From Carcharhinus amblyrhynchos (taxonomy: Eukaryota): DNA of 64,000 bases. Positions 25,640-38,325 of this stretch are shown here, in pieces. Under the pieces are notes generated by a model. That model was not told where the DNA came from. It saw only the letters and a program-made list of their open reading frames with translations, and searched no databases. The number at the start of each line of letters is the position of its first letter. The first letter of the stretch is position 1. A program made the position numbers and the translations under genes. The DNA lies in assembly GCA_965287045.1 (NCBI GenBank), contig OZ336886.1, positions 38,874,001-38,938,000 on the forward strand, written 5' to 3'.

Positions 25640-25998
25640 ATCATGCCAAATCAAATCGAATTTTTCCAACCAAATCCACAGGCTAGTGACACCCTAATGA
25701 GTTTATGAGGACATCACTGATCTAGATGAACTCCAGGGAGAGAGATCCTGTGGAAAGAAGAAAGTAGGAATATGCAGCTGATCCAGGTCACTAGTCCTCT
25801 TGAACCTGCTTGCCATCTGACCAAGACCTTACTCCGTCAAGCCTGTGTGGTGGTTAATGTGCAACAGACCCATCATTAGCAGAATACTTGCACAGGCATC
25901 TTCCACCCATTATTATTACATTCAGGATTTGGAAAGTCACAACTCTCATGGACAACACCAACAGTGACAGGTGGGAATGGCAACCTGCTATCATGGCT
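25640..25998. other. Unclassified non-satellite insert, probably a degenerate interspersed repeat
   Basis: The 33 bp periodicity is lost between tcatgccaaatc and atcatggctgg. I saw no second copy in the window. Confidence 0.4.
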
Positions 25999-27877
25999 GG
26001 TGTAGAATAGAGTTATCAGGGAAGCGAACGCAGAGTGGAGCAGCATTGGAGGAGACCCGTGAACCTTGTGTGGAACAGTGTAGGAGGGCGAACCCATTGT
26101 GGAGCAGTACAGAAGGAGAGCGGTAAACTCAGCGTGGAGCAGCCTGAAAGGAAACGGTGAACCCAGGGTTAAGCAGCGATGAACTCATAATGGAGGGATG
26201 TGGGAGGGGAGCTGTGAACACCTTACCAAGTAACGCAAAACATCAACAATGAACCCCAGTTTGCAGTGGCGCAGTGGGAAAGCGATGAACTCAGTAAGAA
26301 GTTGCATAGGAGAAAAGCGATCAAGCTAGTCGGAAAGGGGGAAGAGGACAGCGAACCCAGTATGGAGCAGTGCAGGACAGCAATGACTTCACTATGGAAC
26401 AATGCATGAGAACAATGATGCACCCAACATGAAGCAGTGCAGGAGGGCAACGATGAACCCAGCATGCAACAGAACAGGAGGACAACAATGAATCCCACCC
26501 ACCATGCAACAGCGGAGGAGGGCAGTGATGAACCCAGCATTCAACACACAGGACAGCAATGCACCCAGCATGCAACAGCACAGGAGGACAGCGATGAACC
26601 CAGCATATTCAGTGCAGAAGGGCAGTGATGAACCCTGCAGGGAGCAGTGCAGGAGGAGAGAGATGAACCCAGCATGGAGCAGTGTAGGAAGACAGCGATA
26701 CAGCCAGCATGGAACAACGCAGGAGGGCAGCGATGAACCCAGCATGGAGCAACGCAGGAGAGGTGAACCCAGTGTGGAGCAGTGCAGGAGAGCAATGAAA
26801 CCACTGAAGAACAATGAAGGCGGAGTGTGGTGAACCCAGTGTAGCAGTGCATAATGAAGCAGCTTAGGAGGAAAGCAATAACCCCAGTGTAGAACAGCGA
26901 GGGGGGAAGAGGTGCGATCCCTGTGCAGAGTAATGTGGAGAAAGAGTGGAGAACCCAGTGTGGAGCAGCATGTATGGAAAACAGCGATCCCAGTGTGGAC
27001 CAATGTGTGCAGAGAGCAACAAAATCTGTGTAGAGCAGCATGGGAAGACATTAGTAACCTTCATGGCGCAGCCCAGGAGGAGCAGCTCTAAACCTGATGG
27101 AGCAGTTCTGGCAGAGAGCAGCAATCCCAATGTTTATCAACGCAGAAGGAGAGCACCGAACCTAGTGTGGAGCCATCAGGAAAGCTAGCATTGAACTCAA
27201 GGTTGAGCAACTCAGTGGTATAGCAGCAGAATAAAGAAATGCAACAGCACAGCAAGGAACCCAGGATGAAACAGCACAGGAGGAGGACAGCACACCTAGT
27301 GTGGAACAGTATCGGAAGAAATGGCAAACCCAGTATAAAACAGTATGGGAGCAGAATGGGGAACCCAGTATGGAGTGGCACAGGAGGAGAGCTGTGACCT
27401 CAATATAATGCAATGCATGTCATGAATCACAAGCCTAGTTAGGAGTGGTGCAGCAGTAGAGTGATGAAACCAGTGTGGAGCAATTTAAGAGGAGTACAGC
27501 AAACTCAAAAAGCAGCAGTGCGGGAGGAGAGAGGTGAACCCAGCAATGGAGGAAGAGAGAAGTGAACACACTGTGGAGCAGCACAGGTAGAGAGCAGTGC
27601 ACATGGATGGTAAACCCAGTGAGGAGTAGCACCGTAGGAGAGCAGCAAACCCAGTGTGGAACAGCACACGATGAGAGCGACAATATCCCAGTGTGGAGCA
27701 GCACAGGAGTTAAGTGCTGAACCCCAGTGTGGGGCAGCATGGGAGAAGTGCAAGGAAACATATGAGGAGCAGTGTAACAAGACCTGTATGCAGCAGTGTG
27801 GGAGGACAGCACTGAACTCTGGAGGAAGAGAGTAGTGAACCCAGTGTGGTGCAACACGAGAGGAGCAAAAATTGGAG

Positions 27878-28130
27878 CAGCAACTACAAGAGAAATTCAG
27901 GGAACAGAACTAAACCTTGTACACGGCCCTCTTTGATCTCATAAAAGCTTTCAACATTGTCAACCCTGAGGGATTATGGAGCACTCTCCTCCATTTCACC
28001 TGCCCCAAAAGTTAGTCACCAGCCTCCAGCGACAATAAGGAATCCAGTGCCCAAGACCACCAGAAGTGATTGAAAATCATCTGAGAAGGAGTTGAACACA
28101 TTGATCTTCACCGTTGAGAGCAAGCGGAAG
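27878..28130 (+). mobile_element. Internally deleted RTE fragment
   Basis: QLQEK.REQ...FDLIKAFNIVNPEGLWS (RT motif) is fused to a C-terminal RTE piece (aaggaatccagtgcccaagacc). Confidence 0.75.
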
Positions 28131-28272
28131 CCAAAATCACTGGAAATTCTCAGCAGGTCTGACAGCATTTATGGAGAGAACAGAGTTAATGTTCTGAGTC
28201 TGGATGCTGAGATTTTGCAGCGTTTTCTGTTTTTGTTTCAGGTTCCAGCATCTGCAGCAATTTGTTTTTATC
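28131..28272. mobile_element. ~140 bp hairpin (inverted-arm) element remnant; further copies at 29003-29148, 30695-30772, 44484-44621, 45525-45670, 49217-49352
   Basis: Consensus arms cagaaaatgctggaaaatctcagc ... gctgagattttccagcattttctg are reverse complements. They are followed by a tttcagattccagcatctgcagcaatttgctttt tail. Confidence 0.8.
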
Positions 28273-29677
28273 TCAGTGTAAAGCAGTGAGGGAGGTGTGC
28301 GGTATCCCAGTGTGGATCGTGTGTGTTGGGCTGGTGATCACAGGGCAGAACAGCCTGAGAGGAAGGTGGTAAACCCAGTGTGAAGCAGCGTGTCAGGAGA
28401 GAGAGAAACTGGTGTGGATTAGTGTGGGAGGAGAGTGATAAGGCCAGTATAGAGCAGTGCAACAGAGGACAGTGAATCCAATTTGGAGCAGCACAAGAAG
28501 TGAGAGATGAATCCAATGTGAAGCAGCAGAGAACAAGGTTGGCCGAGTGTAGAACAACAGACTAGGAGGCAGTGAATCATCTGACGTAGGACAGGAGGAG
28601 GACAATGAATCCGATGTGGAGCAGCGCAGGCGGAAACAGTGAACACCGAATAAAGCAGTGAGAGATCAGAGCAGGGAACCCAGTGTGGAGTGGCACGGGG
28701 GAGAGCTGCAAACTCAATATAACGCAACACAGGACACGAATGACAAGCCCAGTTTCGAGTCGTGCAGTAGATGGGACAATCAGCCCATTGCAAGCAGCAC
28801 AAAAGAAGACCGATGAAACCAGTGTGGAGCAATGCGAGAAGAGTAAGGTGAATCGAATATGGAGCAGCACAAGAGGAGAGGTGTGGACCCAGTATGGAGC
28901 AGTGGAGAAGGAGAGAAGTGAACACTGTGGAGCAGCAATGGAGGAGGGTAGAGAACCCAGTGTGGAACAGTGCGTGAGGTGGCGAACCCAGGGTAAAGCA
29001 GCAACAGGAAATGCTGGAAAATCTCAGCTGGTCTGACAGCATTTATGGAAAGAGAACAGAATTAGCGTTCTGCGTCTGGATGCTGAGATTTTCCAGCAAT
29101 TTCTGTTCTTTTCTTTCAAAATCCAGCAAGTGCAGCAATTTGCTTTTAGCTCAGTTTAAAGCAGTGAGGGAAGTGTGCAGTAACAGGGTGTGGAATAGTG
29201 TGGGTTGGGGAACGTGTTCCCAGGGTAGAGCAGCGTGAGAGGAAGACAGTGAACCCAGTGTGGAGCAATGCAAAAGGAGAGGGGAGGAACCAGTATGGAG
29301 CAGATCAGGGGGTCAGCAGTCAACCTATGTGGAACAGCGCCATAGAGAGCAGTGGACCCAGTGTGAATCAATGTGGCAAGAGAGCGACAAACCCAGTGTA
29401 GAGCAGCACACGGGGTGAGAGGTGAATCCAGTGTGCAGCAGCAGGGGTCAAGATTGTGTTGACCCAGTGTGGAACACATGTTAGAAGGTCGGTGAACCCT
29501 CTGTGGAGCTGGACAGGAGGTGGACAGTATAGGAAGAAATAACAAATCCAAGATAAAGCAGTGTGGGAGCAGAATTGGGAACCCAGTATGAAATGGTGTG
29601 ACGAAGTAGAGCGCCGATCTCAATATGATGCAATGCAAGATGTGAACAAGCCCAGTTTCAAGTGGTGCAATGGAAGA

Positions 29678-29957
29678 GAGGTTTTCCAAGATGGCGCTGG
29701 AGCATGGTGACTTCTTGGAAACTGTGCCCAGCATACCTTCTAAATCTATCCTTTATTCTTGTTGTCTGATTCTAAAAGCATAAAAACACTTTTAAAGTAA
29801 GTTGATCTTTCTCTACACCTTACTTATGACTGTAACATTACATTCTGCACTCTCCTTCCCTTCTCTATAAACGATATGTTTTGTTTGTACAGTGTGCAAG
29901 AAACAATACTTTTCCCTGTAAGCGAAATACCATTTGACAATAATAAATCAAATCAAA
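29678..29957 (+). mobile_element. Short non-autonomous Rex1/Babar-related element (putative 5' head plus 3' tail); second copy at 48200-48467
   Basis: Starts ggttttccAAGATGGCG. Ends gttgatctttctctacacc...tgacaataataaatcaaatcaaa, the reverse complement of the Rex1 3' UTR at 31795-31955. Confidence 0.7.
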
Positions 29958-30110
29958 GATGAAATCGGTGAGGGCAGTTTGGGAGAAGAGTAATGAAACT
30001 GGTTTCTTGAAATTTGAGAGATATATAGTGAGCCCAATATAGAACAGCACAGGAGGCAATGTAGAGCAGTGGAAGTGGAGAGCATTAGACCCAGAGTGGA
30101 ACAGCGCAGC

Positions 30111-30597
30111 AGTATTTCATAACTCACCTCCATGTCATGTTTACATCCTAGTAAACACCAAAACAAAATACTTATTTAATATTTTTGGCATGCTTCTGTT
30201 GTTACTTTTGATATTGTCCTGTCTATTCTTCAATGATTGTATTCCCATTCCAGCCTTCCTTTTCCTTATTAATGTACTGGTAAAATATTATTTCATTTTA
30301 TGACCCTTCAAAATTTGATCTCATGATTTCTCTTAACCTTTGTAATTGTTTTTTTGAATTCTCTCCCACTCTCTTCATATCTTCTTTATTATCATGGGCT
30401 TCTCTGCAGTCTATGTACTTGACATTTTCCTCTTTCCTAATCTCCAAGTGTTCCTCATATAGTTATTCATCAATGGAGATGCACTTGTGTTCAATTTTTT
30501 TCTTTATTCTTTTGCTGAATATATTTCTCCAGCCCTCTGTTGAACCCCATTTTAAATGTTTCCCATTGTTGTTACACATTGATGTTTGTGAATACTG
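30111..30597 (-). mobile_element. Old CR1 ORF2 internal fragment, copy 3
   Basis: The minus strand gives MPKILNKYFVLVFTR. It is a close paralogue of 48631-49113. Confidence 0.65.
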
Positions 30598-31420
30598 TTT
30601 CCCAGTGTGGTGCAGTGCGGGAGAAGGGCAGTGAACCCAATGTTTAGCAGCGTATGGCAGGGGGCTGGCGGGAGTGACAAACCCAGCATATGGCAAAACC
30701 AGAAAATACTGGTAAATCTCAGATTTTACATTTTTGTTTCAGATTCCAGCCTCCGCAGCAATTTGCTTTCATCTGTTTAAAGCAGTGAGGGAGGTGTGCA
30801 AGTAACCCGGTGTGCAATAGTGTGGGTGGAGATGGTATTCCCAGGGTAGAATTATGTGAGAGGAAAGTGCTGAACCCCAGTTTGGAGCAGTGCAAACGGA
30901 TAGCTTTGAACCCAGTGTGGACCGGTTACATCAGGAGAGTGACAAAACCAGTAAGGTGCAAATGGGGAGAACAGCGATCAATCCAGTATGGAATTGTGTG
31001 ATGAAGAGCAATGAACAGTGTGAGAGAAGGGGGGTGGTCAACCAAGTCTGCAGCAGCACAAGACAAGAGATGAAGGCAGCATGGAGCAGCAAAGGAGGAA
31101 AGAGTGAACCCAGGATAAAGCAGCAAGGGAGCAGAACAAGGAACTCAATATAGAGTGGTACAGGAGGAGAGCTGCATACTCAATAGGAAGCACACAGGAC
31201 ATGAATGAGAAGCCCGGTTTGAAGTGGTGTCATTAGTGTGTGATGAACTCAGTGTGAGCGGCATGGGAAAAGAGTGATGAAACCAGTGTGGAGCAAAATG
31301 GAGCAAGTGCAGGAAGAGAATGGCAATTCCAGTGTTTCTCTGGGCAGAAGGAGAGCCTGAACCCAGTGTGGAGCCATGCAGGAGGATAGCGACAAACCCG
31401 GTGTGAAATAGCGCAGGAGG

Positions 31421-31785
31421 CACATTGCCATATGTCTGACAAGTGACATACAAAGCAAACACTGTGCTCAGAGCTTCAATACAGCAAGCAAGCCCCAAGA
31501 AGGCAGAGAAAATGCATCAAAAACATCCTGAAAATCTCCTCAAAACTTACAACATCGCCACTGACACCCGGGAATCCTGTGCCCAAGATCAAAGTAGATG
31601 GAAAAGAGCAGAACACCCTGATCATCTTTGCCAAGAGGAAGGGGAAGCCAAGCATTGTCAGAGAAAGGAGTGTGTAACAATACACCCACTCACCCACTCC
31701 TCCAACCCCTGCATGCACCCCTGTGATAGAGATTTTAGACTGTCATTGGACTGCTCCATCACCTGAGAACTTACTTTGAATGTTA
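31421..31785 (+). mobile_element. RTE 3' fragment
   Basis: ORF 31443-31766 reads YNIATDTRESCAQDQSRWK...PCDRDFRLSLDCS. It is paralogous to ~22950-23335. Confidence 0.75.
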
Positions 31786-31794
31786 TAGCAACTG

Positions 31795-33128
31795 TTTGGT
31801 TTGATTTGATTTATTATTGTCACATGTATTACTATGCAATGAAAAGTATTGTTTCTTGCACACTGTACAAAGCATAGTGTAAATAGAGAAGGAAAGGAGA
31901 GGGTGCAGAATGTAGTGTTACAGTCATAGCTAAGGTGTAGAGAAGGGTCAACTTAATGCAAGGTAGGTCCATTCAAAAGGCTGATGGCAGCAGGGAAGAA
32001 GCTGTTCTTAAGTCGATTAGTATGTGTTCTCAGACTTTTGTATCTTTTTCCTAACAGAAGAAGGTGAAAGAGAAAATGTCTGGGGTGTGTGGGGCCCTTG
32101 ATTATGGTGGCTGCTTTTCCAAGGCAGCAGGAAGTGTAGACAGAGTCAATGGATGGGAAGCTGGTTTGCATAATGGTCTGGGCTTCGTTCACGACCCTTT
32201 GTAGTTTTTTGTGCTGTTGTACAGAGCATGAGCCATACCAAGCTGTGATACAACCAGAAAGGATGCTTTTTATAGTGCATCTGTAAAGTTGTTTAGAGTC
32301 ATCGTGAGCTTGCCAAATTCCTTTAGCCTCTTGAGAAAGTAGAGGTGTGGTTGGCTTTCCTAACAATAGCGTCAGCATGGGGAGACCAGGACAGGTTGTT
32401 GGTGACCTCAATTCCTTGAAACCTGAAGCTCTCGACCATTTCCACTTCCTCCCCATTATTTAACTCTGTTTCAGTGTTTGAGATCCAACCTATTGTGGTG
32501 ATGTCATCAGCAAACTTGAAAATCAAGTTGGAAGGTATTTTGGCCACACAATCATACGTGTATAAGGAGTATAGTAAGGGGATGATGACACAGCATTGCA
32601 GGGCACCAATACTGAGGATGATCGTGGAGGAGGTGTTGTTACCTATCCCGACTGACTGGTCTATGCGTTAGGATGTTCAGGATCCAGTCACAGAGGAAGG
32701 AATCGAGCCCCATGCCACAGAGTTTAGAGATGAGTTTTACAGGAAGAATGATGTTGAAGGCTGAACTATAGTCAATAAATAAGAATCTCACATAGGTATC
32801 TTTGTGTTCTCGGGTTGCTTTTGGGAACAGGGAGATGGTTTTGCTGTGGATCTGTTGCAGTGGTTGGCAAATCAATTCCAGCCTCCCAGGTTGCCTGGAT
32901 ACATTATATCCAGGCAACCTGGGAGGCTGGAATTGATTCGTGCCTTGACTATCCTTTTGAAGAACTCCATAATGATGGATGTCAGAGCCAGCAAATGATG
33001 GTCATTAAAACACACTGCCTAGCTTTTCTTTGATACAGGGATGATGGTGTCTTCGTGAAGCAGATAGGGATCTCAGAGTGGTGTAAAGAGAGGTTAAGAT
33101 GTCTGCAAATATCCCATCAACTGGTCCA
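31795..33128 (-). mobile_element. Rex1/Babar-clade LINE, 5'-truncated and internally deleted (copy 1 of 4)
   Basis: Motifs YRCTIKSILSGCITAWYG, KKLQRVVNEAQ, RTHTNRLKNSFFPAAI, IFKFADD and [14 protein letters not shown]. The 3' tail reads tttgatttgatttattattgtcaca on the plus strand. Confidence 0.9.
32870..32938. repeat. Perfect 32 bp inverted repeat with 5 nt loop
   Basis: aatcaattccagcctcccaggttgcctggata-catta-tatccaggcaacctgggaggctggaattgatt. Confidence 0.95.
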
Positions 33129-34253
33129 TGTTGAGAAGCATGGGAGGAGAATGGCATGCCCAGTGTGGAGCAGTACAGCAGATGGTGGCAAACCCAGTAT
33201 GCAGTCGCGCGGGATTAGGACGGTGATCCAAACGAGGAGCAGTGGGAGAGGAGAGCATTTAACCGAACGTAGAGCAGTGTGGGATGTTTAGTGCCAACTT
33301 TGTACAATGCAACATAAGACCACAGAGTTGAACCTAGTGTACAGCAGTGTTTTAGTAAGGAATGAGTGCTGATCCCAGGGTAGAACAGCATGAGAGAAAG
33401 GCAGCAAATGCAGTGTGAAGCAGTGCAAGAGGGGAGTGCTGAACCCAGTGTGGAGCAGCACAGCAGAAAAGGGAGGAAACCAGCATGAAAAGAATGGGAG
33501 GTCAGTGGTCAACCCAGCATGGAGCACGATTTCCACATGTACAAGAGGAGGGCGATGAATCCAGTGCTGAGCAGCGAGATTGGCAAACCAAGTGTGGAAC
33601 AAGGTGAAAGCAGTGTGGAACAGCATGGATGGAATCAGCAATCTGGTATGAAGCATCGCAGAAGCAGAGCAGTGAACCCAGTATGGAGTGACATAGGAGG
33701 AGAGCTGCAAACTCAATATAATGCGATGTAGATCATAAATGAAGAGCCCAGTTTCGAGTGGTCCAGCAGAAGGGCAATGAACCCAGTGCGAGCAGCACAG
33801 GGGAAGAACAATGAAACCAGTATGGAGCAATGTGAGAAGAGTATGGTGGATCAAATATTGGGCAGTGCAAGAGGAGAGTGATAAATCCAGTCTGGTGCAA
33901 TGGAAGAAGAAAGAGGTAAATACAGTATGGATCATTGTGGGAGAAGACCGAAGAATCTAGTGTGAACCACTATAGGCAGAGTGTGGTGAGCCCAGTCGAG
34001 CAGTGCACATAGATCTCAAACCCAGTATGGAGCATCACCATTGGAGAGCAGAGATCCCAGTTTAGAAGAGCATGGGAAGAGGTGGTGAGGTGATCCCAGT
34101 GTGGAGCAGAGCATGACGAGATTGGTGAAACCCAATGAACAGCGCAGGAGCAGAGCGCGATCCCAGTGTGGAGTCATGTGAATGTATGATGAAGAACCAG
34201 TGTTGAGCAATGCAGCAGTATTGCAGCAAACCCAGGATGGAGCAATGCAGGAG

Positions 34254-34748
34254 GAGCAACTACAAGAGAAATGCAGGGAACAGCATCAACCCTTGAACAG
34301 GTCCTTCTTTGATCTCACAACTGCCTTTACTATTGTCAACTCTGAGAGATTATAGAGCATCTCTTCCATTTTGATTGCCCCAAAAATTTGTCACCATTCT
34401 CCATCTGCTCCACAATGACATGCAAGCCCTCAACCTGACTAATGAATCCACCACTGATCCAGTACACACCAATGCTGTTCTCAATCTGGCTTCCTGTAAT
34501 GATTCATCTCACCCTCAGAAAGCTTTTTTTCAGCCAGAATAGAATTCAGTTGAAATACAAACAAGAATCTGTTTAGCATACAATACATGCAGGCCTGATC
34601 TAAGATCATCCCATCGTCCATAATGGAACTGCATAAAGTAAACGATGATTGCGTTTGTGCACAATTAGAGGCCAAGTTCTAGATATGGTCAACACCTTCA
34701 CCATGAAGTGCGAGAGCATGGACCTTACACTAAATATCCATAAGCGGC
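34254..34748 (+). mobile_element. RTE RT-domain fragment; paralogues at ~35518-35905, 39408-39895, 40792-41235, 43233-43601, 50420-50900, 54603-55250
   Basis: Each starts near caagagaaatgcagggaacagc (QEKCREQ), followed by ttctttgatctcacaa (FFDLT) and ctccacaatgacatgcaag (LHNDMQ). Confidence 0.85.
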
Positions 34749-36236
34749 AAAGAGAGCTGCAAACTCAATAGAATGTGATGCGAAATGAATGAGGAGGCCA
34801 GTTTGAAGCAGTAGGAGTTTGGTGAACTCAGTGTGTGCAGCACGGGAGAAGAGCGATGAAACCATTGTGGAGCAATTTGAGATGACAGTGATGAACCCGA
34901 TATGGAGCAGCGCAGGAGAAATGTGGTAAATCCAGTGTGGACCAGCGTGGACCAGGAGTGGTGAACCTAGCCGAGCCATGTGCATGGATGGTGAGCCTAG
35001 TATAGAGCAGTGTGGGATGAGAACGAAGAAATCTGTGTGGAGCAGCGCAAGAGGAGAGTGATGAAACTTGTGTTGATCAGCAGAGGAGGAGAGCCTGAAC
35101 CCAGTATGGAGCCATGTGGGAGGATAGTGATGAACCAGGTGTGGAGTAGCACGGGAGAAGTAATCTAGTCTGGAGCAGTGGGAGAGAGAGGGGAACACAG
35201 AATGGACCATCATGGGAGAAGACCAGATAGAGTGTGGTGAACCCAGTCGAGCAGTGCACATTGATGGCAAACACAGTATGGAGCAGCGCAGGAGGAGAGC
35301 TGAGATCCCAGTTTAGAAGAGTGTGGGAAGAGGTGGAGGGGCAGTCCCAGTGTGGAGCAGTGCAGGAGGAGAGTGGATAAACCATTGAGCAGCACAGAAA
35401 CAGAGCATCAAACCCAGTGTGGAGCCATGTGGCTACATAACAAACAGAGGATTGAACAATGTTGCAGTATCACAGTAAACATAGGGTGGAGCAGGGTGGG
35501 AAGAGCAACAACACTGAGCAGCAACAATAAGAGAAATGCAGGGAACAGCATCAGCCCTTGTACATGACCTTCTTTGATCACACAAAAGCCTTCTACATTG
35601 TCAATCCTGAGAGATTATGGAGCACTCTCCTACAATTTGGCTGCCCCAAATGTTTCTCATCATTCTCCACCTGCTCCACAATGACATGCAAGCCATTATC
35701 CTGACCAACGGATCCACCACTGATCTGATTCACTCCAACGCTCTTCTCAATCTTATTTCCTTCAATGCTCCATCTCGCCCCCAGAAAGCTGCTGGTGAAA
35801 TAGAGCTCAGTCAAATTACAAACAAAAATCTGTTCAGCATCCAATATATGCAGGCCTGAACCACGGCTCTCCCATCCTCTGACGTGGAACTGCATAAAGC
35901 AAACGGATTGCAGGAGAACGCAGCATGGACCATCGTGCAAGAACAAAGAAGCTAGTGTGGAGCAATGCAGGCAGGGAGCGGTGAACCCAGTTTAGCAGTG
36001 TGCATGGATGGTAAACCCAGGATAGAGATGCCAAGGGGGAGAGAGGAGATCCTAGTTTAGAAGTGCATGCAAAGAGGTGGAGGGCAATCCCAGTGTGGAG
36101 CAGCGCATGAGGAGAGCGGAGATCCCAATGTGGCTCAGCGTAAGAGGAGATCAGTGAAACCCATTGAGCAGTGCAGGAGCAGAACACTGAACTCATTGTG
36201 GAGCCATGTGGATGCATGACAATGAACCCAGTGTTG

Positions 36237-36808
36237 AAAAATTGACAACAAAGCCTTGGAAAATGTGGACCACTTTCTATATCCACTGCCAACAAGCAAA
36301 GGCAATAACAACAAGCTTGAACACTGCCTCCAGTGTGCCACCACAGCCTTCAGTCACCTGAGGAAGTGTTTGAAGATCAGTACCTCAGACTCAGCACAAA
36401 GCTCATGGTTTACTGAGCAGCAGTGATATCCCTCTTCATATGGGACTTGGAGACATGGGCCATATATAGCAGAAACCTGGAGAAGCACCACCAGTGCATC
36501 TGCAAGATCCTGCAGATCCATTGGCAGTATATGCGCACCAATGTAAGTGTCCTTGTTCAGGTCAATCTCCTGAGCATCGAAGCATTGACCATGCACAGTC
36601 AGGTCTGCTGGACTGGCCACATCATCTGTATGTCTGACAGGAGACTTCCAAAGCAAAATCTTCAACACAGCAAGTGAGCCTCAGGAGGGAACTGCATAAG
36701 GGAAATAATGATTGTGTTTGTGCACAATTGAAGGTCAAGCTCCAAACCATGGTTATCACCTTCACCAAGATGTACTAGAGCATGGGCCTTACACTAAATA
36801 TCCGTAAG
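36237..36808 (+). mobile_element. RTE post-RT fragment; paralogues at ~43862-44483 and 51414-52215
   Basis: LETWAIYSRNLEKHHQCICKILQIHW...LLSIEALT...WTGHIICMSDRRLPKQ (ORF 36423-36677). Confidence 0.85.
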
Positions 36809-37154
36809 CAGCAAAGAGAGCTGCAAACTCAATAGAAATTGATGCAAAACATGAATGAGGAGCCCAGTTTGAAGTGGTGTAGTAGGAGCATGACGAACTC
36901 AGTGCGAGCGGCACAGGGGAAGAACAATAAAACCAGTGTGGAGCAATTTGAGAAGACAATGATGAACCCAATATGGAGCAATGCAGAGGGAGAATGGTAA
37001 ACCCAGTGTGGACCAGCATGGGCCGAGCCATGCGCACAGATGACAAACCCAATATAGATCAATGTGGGATGAGATCGACAAAACCAGTCAGGAGCAATAC
37101 TGGTGAAGAGCACTGAATCCTGTGGAGAGCACAGGAAGAGAGTCTGAAGCCAGT

Positions 37155-38325
37155 GAAAAATATTGTTTCTAGAGTGCTATGCAGATAAAGCATACCATGA
37201 ATAGAGATGGAAAGGAGAGAGAAGAGTTATAGGCCAGGGCATAGAGAAAGATCAACTATTGCGAGGTAAGTCCAATCAAAGGTCTAATGAAGATGCTGCT
37301 GAGTCTGTTGGTGCATGTCCCTAGACATTTGTATCTTTTTCACAGTGGAAGAGAGTACATCTGAGATGCGTAGGGGTCCTTGATTTTGCTGGCTGGTTTT
37401 TTGAGTCAGTGGGAAGTGTAGACAGCTAATGGATGTGAGGCTAGTTTGTGTGATAGACTGGGCTTTATTCATGACCCTTTGTATGTTTTTGCAATCTTGC
37501 AAAACAAGAGCCATACCAAGCTGTGACACAACCAGAAAGAATGGTTTCTATGGTGCATCAGTAAAAGTTGGTGAGAATTGTAGTGGACATGCCAAATTTC
37601 CTTTGTCTCCTGAGAACATAGAGTTGTGGTTGGCTTTCTTAACTATAGCATTGGCCTGAAGGGAGCAGAACAGGTTCCTGGTGAACTGGACTTGAAGATC
37701 TCGACCATTTCCACTTCATCCCTGTTGACATACTCTGTCTCATCATTGAACCTCAGCAAATTCAAAAATCGAGTTGGTGAGGATTTTGTCCAAACAGTCA
37801 TAGGTGTTTAAGGAGTCTGGTAAGGGACCGATGACATAGCCATGTGGGGCACCGGTGTTGAGATTGATCCTGGAGAAGGTTTTGTTGCCTATTCTTATTG
37901 ATTGTGGTCTGTGGTTTAGAATGTCTAGGATCCAGTCTCCATGAAGTTTGGAGAAGTGTTTTGCGGCAACAATACTGTTGAATGCTGAACTGTAGTCTAT
38001 AAATAGGAGTCTGACGTAGATGTTTTTGTTGTTTCAGTGTTTCTGGGTTGAGTGTAGGGCTGGGAAATGGTGTCTGTTGTGGCCCTGTTGTGGCGGTAAG
38101 CGAACTGTAGAGGATCCGGGCAATTTGTGAGATGGATTTGATTCGTTTCATCACTAATCTTTCAAAGTACTTCAGAATTATAGATGTTAGAGCCACAGGA
38201 CAATAGTCATTAAGCCTGGCTTTTCTTTGCTACCGGAACCATGGTTGTCTTGAAGCAGATAGGGACCTCAGATTGGTGTACAGAGAGCTTGAAAATGTCT
38301 GCAAATACCCCCCAACTGGTCCATG
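37155..38325 (-). mobile_element. Rex1/Babar fragment, copy 2
   Basis: ALTSIILKYFERLV and VFADIFKLS...VPICFK. The 5' junction (ctggtccatg) is the same as in copy 1. Confidence 0.85.
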
